Source: Amoebophrya sp. A120 (taxonomy: Eukaryota; Protista; Dinoflagellata). Taken from it: DNA of 64,000 nucleotides. The notes under the pieces were generated by a model, which did no database searches, had not been told where the DNA came from, and saw only the letters and a program-made list of their open reading frames with translations. The stretch is taken from positions 10,237,979-10,301,978 of the forward strand of contig CAJINV010000003.1 of the NCBI GenBank assembly GCA_905178155.1, given 5' to 3'. A program made the translations under genes and the position numbers. Below are positions 33,388 through 44,500 of the stretch, in pieces (positions within the stretch are counted from its first letter, which is position 1; the number at the start of each line of letters is the position of its first letter).

Positions 33388-36300
33388 GGCTCTAGTACCG
33401 GCTCGATTTCGACGGAAGAAACTACTCACGAAAATCCTCGAAGCAAGTGCTGCATACTTGTAGAGAATAAGAAATGTAAATGTTGGAATTCAATACAATT
33501 TATTTATTGAGCTTACACACAGGCACACCGAACTAACGTCCATTATGAGAATTGTTATTGTAATTATTCGATGGTGGACCCGGTTTGGGCTTGCGTTCGT
33601 CGGAGATTTATTCACCGTCGACGGCCTCTCGGCGGAGTGGCGGGACCACCAGGTCAAGGATGAAGAAGATTTATCGAAGCTCATCAACCCGGTCCCGGTC
33701 CCGAAAGAACAACATGAAGCCGTTGGGGGTCTGTTGGAAGATCAGGAACCGGGCGGCGAGATACGTACTCTTTCTTGTTTTTCTTTTTGTCGTGTAAGTA
33801 TTTCTGTTCAGCAAGACGGCCCCGCTGGCCAGCACGATATATGATAAATGAAACAGAAAGAACAGAAACAAAATTGAAATTCAATTTCAAACATAAACGC
33901 TAACGCACTCACAGCAGAAGTAGTGAGCTTTCCCTCATCGTGCAGCTTGGAAGCCTCCCGCGCATCAAAAAGCAACTTTGGAAAGTGGCCACCTGCGCCT
34001 GGAGCCGAGATGCTTTCTGCCGCACTCCAATTATCGGGCAGGCCAAATTAATAGAGACCGCGTCGAAATAAATCAACTGGCAAGTAGAGCCTCGTCTTCT
34101 TTGTATGATCGTGAACGTCGCGAAGGCCGAACATGCTGTGGTCACGCGATTGCTGAAAGTGAAAACCTTACACGTTGCGAAAGTTACGCTAAAGCTAAAG
34201 GTGCGAGAACCATGCCCCGGGAAAATACCGACCTTCTGCGCCCAGAAAGTGAAGCCTAGTGTAGGTTTTTTTGTATGTAGAAGTGAGGTTACGAACGTTC
34301 GGTCTATCCTGGTGTTTTTTTGACCTGCAATTTTCAGCATAAAAACATCTCACTTTTGAAAAGTGAGATGTTTTTATTGGCTTCGAAGCCCAGTCCGATT
34401 GAAAATTTCAATCGGACTGGGCTTTGAAGCCAAACAAGCCCGAGGCTATTCATTCTATTTCTTGCCGATTGAGCAAATAACGCAGGCGGGGAACCAGCAA
34501 AAGGAGCGCCCTTCTGGGGCGCCCAGCGCAGCGAGTTCCACCGATTTGGGGCGCCTCAAAAGGGGCGCCAATAAAAAGATGCAAAGTAAGAAGGCAAAGA
34601 CGTCGAATCCGCATGGTTCGGGCACCATTTCTGCCCACTTTTGGAGGTCGCGAAAGCGGTTGTCCATCTGGGCCGCTTCCAATGGGGCGGGTAGCACAAA
34701 AGCTGCGCTTTTTTGATTGACAAACCAAGAAAACGCAAGAGCCGCCAAAAGCCGAAAGCCGACTCCATTGGATACTAGGGACCCGATTTTGGGAGCCCAT
34801 AGGGGCGGCGCTGGCCAAGGCCCCGGTAGGGCCATAGCGTACGGGATAGGTTTGGCTTTGTGAAGTCGAAAAGGTGTGGAGCTTTGGCCGCGATTTTTAT
34901 ATTTTCCCCACGGCCATGCAGAATAACAATGCGCGCGAGCAGGGTATTGCGCGCAGAAAAAAACAAATTTTGGAGCCCGGCAGCCGCAACGCGTCAAGCG
35001 CGCTGACGAAAAAGCCGCTTTGATCTCACTACCCCCGCCGGGGCGGCTATTATTTATTTTTATTGGCTATTGGTATTGGATATATAATATTTTAGCTTCT
35101 TCAAAAGCCCACGCCTCTGGCTTGCCAAAAAGCCACCGGCTTCTCTGATCTCGAGGAGCCACGCACAGCTTGCGCGCCGCAAATCGATTCACCTCCGATA
35201 GTGGCCGGCGTGCTTCACAGCACGAACATCAAGAAAAAGACTCATGCGTAAAAAGCTTGATTTGAAGTTTTTGAAACAGAAGCATATAGTCCAGTGACAG
35301 TCAGTGTCAGATGCGGGATATTGGATTGACATTGATGGTGCGGCAATAGCGGCCGTTCGCGGCACACTACTATTCGAAAAATGTTCGTCCCCTACTTCTC
35401 GCAACAAGAATGAAAAACTCCAGGTCCACGGTCATCTTCATCTACACATGCGCCGTGGCTTCTCGGGAGCGCGTATGCTGAGGGGGTCTACGTTTTCGCA
35501 GAGATGCTAGCGCCTTTCGACGCTAATCAAGCTGATCGTGACGCCGAGCATGGAGCCAACAACTGCCTGCATCACGACGGGAAAGTCTGTAAGAGCCACG
35601 CCATAGCAAACCCGTGGCTGCAAATTCAATCGGCTCAAGAGTTGCCCGTCTTCCGTGTGAGTGTTCGCGCACCGCATGTTCCTCAAGAGGACGAGGGGGA
35701 GTTGCATTCGCGGGAGTTGCATGCGCTGGTGCCGCAGCTTCTAGGGCCTGACGGCGAGACTACTGAGTGCGGTGTGCGGGTCGGCGTGCATTCCTCCAAC
35801 GGAGAGAGCGAGACCACATTGGGCGGCGAGACCCGCATGAAGCCGCCGTGTCACGAGGAATTTCCCGGGTTGGCCTGTGAGGCAGCGTACATGTGTCACC
35901 CAGCAGGACGACCGGAAGCCGGGCTGGGCGTCAAGCAGTATCGTACAGAAAAGCACACCTTCTATACCCGAAAAAGCTTCTCAGCATGACTACCTCTTGC
36001 TCTTCAAGCCCTAGGCCGCGCCACGAACACAAAGACAAACTACATTCTGCATGACAGAAAGCGAAAGGTACGTCTCTTGTGCTCGGCGCATTGCAGAGTC
36101 TTCAGTGACGCCGATTTCGCAACGGCAGCATAAGCTTAGTTTTGTGTCATGCGGTGGCTGGCCGCTAATGGAAATGGGAACCACGGACGAGGCTCAGACA
36201 CAACTGCACCTCGTCGACTTCCTTTCCTACTACATTACCTGCGTGTGGGTTCCGAGGGAGACCCTGCCTGGTCTACGCGAACTACATCGCGTGAGGATTA

Positions 36301-39300
36301 GCCGACTCGCGATCCCCAGAAGTGCGCATCCTTGTCGACCACAAAAATTAAAATAGAAAAATAGGAGCCGCCGCGCCAGCGTCGGCGTGGTCGCTTCAGC
36401 AGCGCAAATTTCATGCAAAAGATTTATTTAATATATTTTTTTCCTTTAAAGCGGTTGGATGAGCTTTTCTGCAGAATAAGCAGGACCTCCACCAGGACGG
36501 GCTCGAGGAGGTGATGAACTTTGACTGTCCGGCTAACACCAAGGGGAACTATGTGTTTGTGCAGTTGCAGTCAGATATCACAGAGACAAAAAGCTAGCGC
36601 GTGTCAATTGTAAAATGCAAACACAATTATTCCCCTTCTTTTTTACCTTCCCATTCTCGTTTTCTTTTTCATTTTTGGCTGCGAAACGAAAACAAAACAA
36701 CAGTCTTTGCTGCACTGTGCGGCTACACCAGACGCGCACCATCAGAAGCGCGGAACCGGTGGCAGTGCTTGTGCTGCACCATCAGAAGTGCGAAACTTGC
36801 GCGGCCGGGCGTAACTTGCGCGGCCGGGAGTAAGAGGCTCCGCCAATCACCACTATACTCCTGTCCTGGCCTACCATCTTCATCAGAAGTGCGAGCTGCG
36901 AAGGGTGGGCGCACCATCTTCAAAGTCAAAAAGTCTCCTCGCCCCATGAATGAATGAATGATCCGAAATAAAAGAATCAGGCTGGACGAGGGGGTGAGCG
37001 CTACTCGTAGAAATCCTGCTAGTGCCGGAAAGCTGCTAGTGGAAAAGGGCCCACTAGTAGATTTCCTACTAGTTGTGCTGGAGGTTTTATGATCGCCAAA
37101 ACGGGCTTCCGGGTACTTCTATTGACGCTCCCCACTAGTGGCGCCCTTCACTAGTGGAAGCACTATCGAAAACTGGCGCAGGCAGCGCCGCGGTGGGGCC
37201 GCTTCCAGGCAGTAAAGCGCTGCCGGGACCCCGGGTGGCCCTCCGGCCTGCCGGCCATGGTCTCCGCCCTTGGCCTTGTCTTAGGTGCCTTGCGGTTCGC
37301 GATTGGCTGCCCCGGGCCGGAGTCGTGCTGCATTCTGGCGCCCCTTGCCCTTCGCCCTCTGTTGCGAGGTGTTTGGCGCCAGTTTCCGCCTTTCCCTTCC
37401 GCCTGTGACTCTGCAGGCTTGCTTCTCTCGCGTGCTCGCCGCCGCGGGGCCCCTTCGGCCCCAGTGGGGTTGCGTGCTTTGGCCCCGTTTCCTTTGGGTC
37501 GCCGGGCGTTTTGGTTTGCGCCTCGCCTCCGTGCCCTGCTTCGGCGTATTGGTTTCGTTTTCAAAGCATTCGTCTGTTTAAAGCGAGTCTTGGCCCACTT
37601 GCTCCTCTTGTCGGCTTTCTGGCTTTTGGAGCATATCGCCCGCAGTGCCCCGCCTGCCTTTCCGCCGCCTTCCTGTGCTCTTTGTCTTGCCTTGCGCCAG
37701 CCCCGTTCCTGGTCTTATTTTGGCCTTTCGTGCCCCCTTTTCGCCCTGTTTACTGTGGCCCGCCTTTGACTTGTTTCCTGTGGTTAGCCTTCCGGCCCTT
37801 CGCAAAGGTTCTGCAAACGCCTTCTGGCCGCCCTGTTTGTGGAGGCCGAGGCAGTGGCAGCGCTTTGTGCCCCCTGCCACCCTCCGCGCCTTGCGGCCTT
37901 AATGTCTGTGCGTGCCCTTCGCTCACGATCAGGGAGTGCGGCGTCTGTGTGTGTGTTGTCATCGTTTTCCGCCTGTGGTGTCAGCATAGTTTGGGCATGA
38001 CCAGTGGGGTTTGGGCCGTAGGTTTTCCCCTAGAAGTTCTTTCTCCCTCGCTCCCCCTTGCCCCCCCTCGTCGCCGGGCCGGCGGGCGCGGAGCGCGCGC
38101 CCGTTCTAGATAAACACTAATGTGATGGGCAACCGGACCACAGGCACAGACCACAGAAAAACAAAAATCTGTCATGAGCATATTTATATGTGCTTCCTGC
38201 GGGCGCATAGACACTTTCTACAAATCTGATTTACATTTGTGTTGTCTTCGTTTCTCTTATCAGTGCCTACGTTTATTGGGACGGCCGGCCCTTGTTATAC
38301 GTCCAATCTCAACATCCATGGGCAAAATAAATCGATGAAAATACTGATCAGTACGAAAAGGTCGCGGCCTGCCGGACGTTCTGCCGGTAGATGTCATGTT
38401 GGGTGACTTACAACATCTGTTCTGATTCAAAAAATGCTGATTTTTTCTGTTTGTTTCATCTGCATTTGGCGCGCTTTCTCTGGCATATTCGAGGGGTGTG
38501 GGATGACGGAGATGCTGGATGTGCCGGACCCTAAGAGTCCCGACAACAATATCCCAGCGAAAAAAGCTAGCCTATTGTTTTGCATGACGATGCATGACGT
38601 TGAGGATCATGATGATTCTGTTTCTAGAACTGCATTACACAGAGTTGAAAAAGAAAACCTGCTTTGTATAGCCTAGACACCATTTTTCTACGGGGGATCC
38701 GCCCCGAAGAGATTTTGGGTTGCTATTTGCTTAAGTTCAAGTTTTGCACTTGTGTTTTCGTTTAGGTTTACTTTTTTCAGCAAGACAAATGACGTGCTAG
38801 TTTTTTTCTATGGGATGAACAAGATGATTCAAACACACGGTGTGCGGCGGCGTCTGGAACTTCTTCGCGTAGACGTGTTCCGGCCCGCTCCGGCCCCGGA
38901 AGCAACTTGTTCTCTCGAACTAGCGCTCTGCGTCGACGCAGAGGCGATTCCCGTGGACGGGGTGTCCTGCATGACTGCGAAAAAATTCTTACCCACGCAG
39001 GGCCAAGCCGGAGACGAAATGACCGGAGAGGTTTACGCCTGCTGGCAGAGCACTAGCGAGTGTAATGAGTTTGCGAACGCGCACCACGAGCACAACGCTC
39101 CTAAGCCGGGGGAGGAAGCACGACGGGGTGCACCTGCTGGACACACACTGGAGATCTCTCATTGCGCTGTGCACAAGCAGCCGAAGTGCGCAGCAGCCAC
39201 GGAGGAGGACGCACATGAAAAGTACGCGTGTCCTTTCGAGGACGGGGAGTGCTACATGGTCACCGGGGGCGCTCCCGGACACTCCACCAAAGACGATCGG

Positions 39301-39555
39301 TTTTGTTTTAAGTCGGAGCCTCGGATCGGCTCGGGCGACATGGTGCGTGCCCCATGTGATGCCTATTCGTCCTACTTCTATGCACACGGTCACGGGGGGG
39401 CTGACAAGGAGCCACTGGAATGCCGAAAGCTAGAGAGAGCTGCCACGCTGGACGACGGTGGCGCATTCATGGAAACTACGAAAACAGAGGGCAATAAGAA
39501 ACTCGAGCCGCTTTTGAGTCGCAGTCGCCGAGGGCAACCTCTAATTATGGTATGA
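33388..39555 (+). CDS. Multi-exon hypothetical protein with fucolectin/F5-8C-like segment and Cys-rich C-terminus; exons approx. 33388-33441, 33572-33764, 36475-36569, 38493-38549, 38823-39555 (5' end unresolved)
   Basis: Joined exons give NFDCPANTKGNYVFVQLQG...RRRLELLRVDVF (fucolectin-like C..GrYV.v..pG...L.l.eV.V) and an upstream NPRWW. The last exon is a 240-codon Cys-rich ORF. One unresolved frameshift near 33700. Confidence 0.5.
34339..34432. repeat. Two abutting near-perfect palindromes (19-bp and 27-bp arms, 1-nt centres)
   Basis: ataaaaacatctcactttt-g-aaaagtgagatgtttttat, then tggcttcgaagcccagtccgattgaaa-a-tttcaatcggactgggctttgaagcca (1 mismatch). Confidence 0.9.
36570..38492 (+). 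other. Non-canonical intron (GT...GA) with degenerate IR, containing a Helitron copy
   Basis: atatcacagaga..aagctagcgc is inverted with gcgcgctttctctggcatat. The join reads VQLQ|GCGM. Confidence 0.5.
36962..38110 (+). mobile_element. Non-autonomous Helitron-like family B, full-length copy
   Basis: Starts A|TCcgaaataaaagaatcagg. Ends with a perfect 8-bp stem cgggcgcg-gagcg-cgcgcccg, then ttCTAGA|T. No TSD. Paralogous to 44515-45657. Confidence 0.75.
38550..38822 (+). other. Fully non-canonical 273-bp intron (no GT or AG in any register)
   Basis: AACAA direct repeat at 38545-38549 and 38818-38822. ~21-bp IR atcccagcgaaaaaagctagc / gctagtttttttctatgggat. It contains an in-frame stop, and excision gives PDNKMIQTHG. 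Confidence 0.7.
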
Positions 39556-40564
39556 ACATCAACAGCATACGTGCATGCTTCATGTTCTTGTCCCGGTCTA
39601 GCAGTACGTAAATCATGCGTTGTGAAATGGTTTTTTTCGAATAGTAATTTTTCACTTTTATATTTATTCCATGTAGTATTCATTTTCATTGCAGCATCAA
39701 CATGCGAAATAATCGCTCACGTACGAGACCATTTCGTTTTACTTGCGCTGAATTTTATGTTTATAATCTAGAGTGTACAGGAGCCACGGATCCCGCGACC
39801 CCGCTTCCCAGCACCGCCATAGGATCTTGCAACCTTCCGCTCTTGTGCGTTCGTTTTTGTCACCTCGGCACCACACTATAGATGTTCATCAGGTTAAAGT
39901 TTTTGTGACTTTTGCACTGTGTGATGCCACACTCGTCTGAATGAATAAACGAATTCTGTCAACAACGTTTTTTGTGGCGTTTTTGTCGAGGCGGATACGA
40001 GAGATGATTGAAAAATAACAATTCTCTCATGCGAGACAAGAGCAATAAAATGGCAACTCAGACGAGCAGTCTGATGTGGAAATCTCAATCAATAAACCAG
40101 CCGAAGAAATAAATGAATGCGCAGCACCTGTGTTCGAGATTCAAATTCATTCGGTCAACACACTGGTTGCCCACTTCCAGCCAAAAGAAGTCAGTCTCAG
40201 TTTCTTTGTCTCGCTCCCCTGTCTTCATGCACCTCTGCCAGCATTCAAAATTAGATTTCAAGCGGATTCGCTTCGCGGTGAAGATCAGCGCCTGATTGAT
40301 ATTTTTACCCTATGTATATCACACAAGATCAATCAATCTGAAATTGAATTGCAAAACGCCGATCTTTGGCTCGTGCGAAGTAGAGGTGGATTTTTTGTTT
40401 GCACGTTTGTTTCGCGGATTACTTCTGTCAGTTGTAGAAGATCTTTATTTCGTTTTATTTATTGTAAAGGTATTAAACATTAAACAATTGTCGCATATGG
40501 AGATCATATGGTCGTGGTCAGTTTCATCCATCCGCTTCGGCGTGTTGTATTAGCATGAGTGAGG

Positions 40565-41278
40565 TTGAAAACCGTAACTCGCTGTGGCAACAAGGTGGAT
40601 GTGGATCACCAAAATCGTCGGCCGGGGGCAGTGCATGTGTGGCTGCGTTTGGGCAAGAGCAGTTGCGTCTTCCTTTTTTTTCTTAATTGCCCAATGCGTC
40701 CCGCTCTCGCGCGTGCTCACCAGCGCTTATCGCGGGGCCAAACCCGGAGAAGACTTCGAAGCGTTCCGAGCCTGAGTTCCGTCGGAATCCAAGCAACATC
40801 TGGCGAAATTCCTGCCACTTTGTCAATTCCCGGGATACCTCCCGGATTCTTCCCGCATTGATTTGGCCTCTGCCGGTGACAAATCAGGCCAGAGTCTGGC
40901 CAGCGGCCTACTCTTGACGCCCTTCTGGTAAAAATCCAACCAATTTCGGCGAAGCTCTGGCTGGAATCTTCCGGCAAGAGTTTTTGGCTGCGCGACATTT
41001 TCGGATTTGGCCGAACTCATGTGAAATCCCCGAAGGGGTCCGAACCTTTGAACAGGCCTGCGGTCTCGGGGCTTTCGCCTAGCGGTCCCGTGGGCACGGT
41101 AATGGCTGTCGGCGCGATGGGCCGGCCGGCCGAGGGCAGTTTTGCGCACGCTTTTGGGTTCGCAGCAGTTGGACGGAGCTGCCCTTCACTTGGTTCTGTC
41201 CAAACACAGCCATAGTTTTAATTTGTGCGCCCCCCGAAAATATTTCAAGGATGCACCTTTCCGTGGCCGGCTTTCCTA
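40565..41278. mobile_element. Degenerate TIR element upstream of ZFYVE26
   Basis: tggctgcgtttgggca (~40640) is inverted with tgtccaaacacagcca (~41197). Further partial pairing outward (cgggggc/gcccccg). Confidence 0.4.
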
Positions 41279-41552
41279 CATATTAAACAAAACAAAATTG
41301 CTGTTCGGCGTACAACTCGAATATTCCAGGCATCGTTCGAACGACGTGGTGAAGAGTGTCGCAGAAAGCAGGTGTCACTGTCAAGCTCAGGGCGTTTGCC
41401 GTGTTCCGCCGAGTGGACGAAGAAGTGGTAGAAAGGCATGATGCGCTCCTGCATGTAACTAGGGTAGTCCTACCGGTGTGTGGGCGTGATAATTTTTTTC
41501 TCCGCAATCCGCTGATGGTTTGAGAAACAAACCGGCATAAAGAGTGGGCGAT

Positions 41553-44500
41553 ATGCTGCGTGCCCGGACCGACCTCCTGGATGAGCACGACTTATCCAAA
41601 TTGATCGTCAGTGTGTGCAACTACTTTTCCTTGGGGCAGACCGAGTTAGCGCGGGCGCTTTGGCGCATCGTGGCGCAGCGGGATCTGCCACAGGCACTGC
41701 GGGTTTTGAAGATAATTTTGTGGCATGGGCCGCCACGGCATTGGGTTCCGAGCACTAGCACCCCTTCTTCGGCGCACCTGTGCTGGTTCTGCTTGCACCT
41801 GAGTTTGGCCCGCGGACAGCAGCTGCGCATTCCCCGATGGCTGAAGCAGCGCCTAGAGCTGGACGTGTTGATCGCCTGCGCTTTGCTCGACGGCGCGGCG
41901 CTGCGCGCAGGACGCGGGCGGCTAACCGCAGAGGTCGCGAATGAGCTCCGCGCTTATCACGCGGGGTTGCTCGATTTGGATGGCAAGCAGCAGGTGGTGC
42001 TCCCGGCGCTCACGTTGCTGCCAATCCTTCCCCAACTGTCCTCCTACGCGTCCTACTTGCCGGCACAGGTTATCGAACAAAAGTCTTTCGCACGACAGAA
42101 CCCGCGGCTGAGCCGGCAGGCAGTCTTGCAGCTCTACGAAATGACGAAGGTGCAGCCAGTGCTGGGGCACACACTCTGCGACCAATTTTTGCGGATTCGC
42201 AACCTCGCAGACCAGATGTCCATCGGGCTTGCGGCAGACGCTCTTCTATTCCGAAACTTCGATCTGGCCTGCCGTCACTTGCGCTTCGTGGAGCCGGATA
42301 GTGGACGGTTGCTACCTCCGGGGGCGGCCTTGTACGAGTTGTTCACCTTTCTCATCTTGCACGTTTTCCACACCGCCGACCCAAATTATGTGGCTGATGT
42401 AGCAGAGGGGCTGCGTGGAGGTTCTGGCGCAGCGGTAGTGGGAGCCCCCGCGGTAAATTTTTCCAGACACGACCCAGCAACCGCGGCCGGTGGTACGACT
42501 AGCCGGAGTCAGCAGTACAGCCAACGGGGCGGCAGATCTAGCGCGAATCAAGCAAACGGCAGAACAAGCACGACGTCCACCTTTGCGAGCAGCCTTTACG
42601 CCGACCAGACATTGAGGAATGCGAATGGCTTCCCGGGTGGGGCACCGTCCTCGAGCAGTGCGGCGGCAAACAAAATCCTGCGAAACTTGATCACTTCTGC
42701 CGGCGGCAACGGCGCTAACCAGTTGAACGGCGGGGGAGGGATACCCCTCTCAGAATGGAAGAGCGCTGCCGTGCGTTATCTGACGGACCAGTTTCAGGTA
42801 TTCGGGGGAACGTCGTCCACTGGTGGCTTCCGTATGCAGCACGTGAGGCGAAAGCCGCGCATTTACGAGGCGTTACTATCAAACCGATGCACGGAAGCCC
42901 TGAAGCTGTTCCAGGTGATCGAAGATGAGTTTCACCGTTTGCAAATTCAGGCATCCCCCCTCCCACCGGCCTTCGACCGTCGCATGAGATTGTATTCATC
43001 TTCTGCTGCATCTTCTGCCACACAACCACAAGGCGCAGGTCCGGTTTTTCCTGTAAGAGCTGGGGCGTGTCAAAAAGCTGCTGCACCGGCGTTGATGGCG
43101 CATGGAGAGCGGACGACCAGCAGGACGAGTTACAACTTTCCGATAGCAGCAGCCTCGTCTAGTAACCCACAAGATCAACAGTCGTGGAGTGCTGCCCACC
43201 ACAGTAGCGTTAGCTGCACGTCTGCGCTTGGCACTTCTGGAGCACCGGATCATGCAGAGCCCGGTCTGCTGCTCGGAACGCTTGTTCTGGATGAAGGTGC
43301 GTGCTGGTGGGACGACTACTTCGAGTTTGCCCGCGTGGCGCACGTTCACTGTTTGGAGTACGTGGTTAGCACAGCATGTCGCTTCGTCCGAGAGCGGCAA
43401 CTGGGACTGCTGACGCGGTTGCTAAAGCCCTTTGCCCAGCTGAAGCCCTTGGTGATTTTGCTCACCTGGCAGGACCTCACGCTGGAGCGGCGGAAGGAGC
43501 TACTGGACACCGTTTGGCAGTCCTACGTGGCGGAAACGGCGACCTGTGGAGTCCACGGCAAGTATTTTGGATGCCACCGGGTGGGAGACTTGTGGATTGA
43601 CTTCTGGGTGGAAGTGCTAGACTACGCTGTAAAGCTCTCGCTCTGGGTGGCGAATCTAATCACATCCAACTTTCCGGACCAGGACCAGGGAGGCGCTGGG
43701 AGCACCAACGGCAATCCGGCTGGTCCGCAATTTTGGAAAGTCGCAACGGAGGTTTTGGATCGCCTTCTGATTGACGACCTGGCCGCGGATGACGAATGCC
43801 CGGTACGAGAGGGACTGCTGCCTCCAGGAGAATCACGGGCAGTTGACCTCCCACAAGGAGAAGTCTGGCACAAGAAGCACGTGCCGTCGGACGAGGTTCA
43901 TAAACGTCGATACACTTCTTCCACTGGAACTGATATTCAACTGGGACCACCAAAAGGTGCGCGCAACGGTGGCAATTTCCTGGTGCAGAATCCGACGTTT
44001 CATCGCGCGGTTACCAGCTGTTCGTTGCTTTTGGTGATGCGTACCCACTTACCGAACGTAGAAAGCGGCGTCATGCTACGCGCGTTGGAGCAGCTTCCTC
44101 TGTTGCGTCTTCGCAGTGCTGCTAGCCAGCACTCCTACGACCTGGACCTGTGTCGCTGCTACTACGCCTTGCGTTGCGTTCTGACGTTAGTGGAGCAATT
44201 GCACACGGCAGCAGCTCGGAGTAAGAACAGCTCGGCAGAGCATCCCCGCAGTGCCTTCAAAATTCTGATCCAAAGCAGCATTGTGGAGCTGGACCGTCTT
44301 GTATCAGACTAAAAAGTGCGCCTACCCCAGAACACGGAACTTTCTGTGATGCAAAGTTCGTCAATCTTCAATTTCATTGGGACAATCAAATTGAAATCCA
44401 AATTGTACATTACTGCGTATGTTGCATTCAATGCAAATTAGGTTTGCCCTAACGCTCCTGCAGATGAGAAATAAATTTCCGGCGCGCGGACGCGCAGCGC

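Noticed and set aside
35507-35722. PIF1/Helitron helicase remnant (RMQLPLVL...GQ...VAL) on the minus strand
   Set aside because: Motif spacing does not match QxPLxLAxAxTIHKSQG and no other helicase motifs were seen. An HMM search would be needed.
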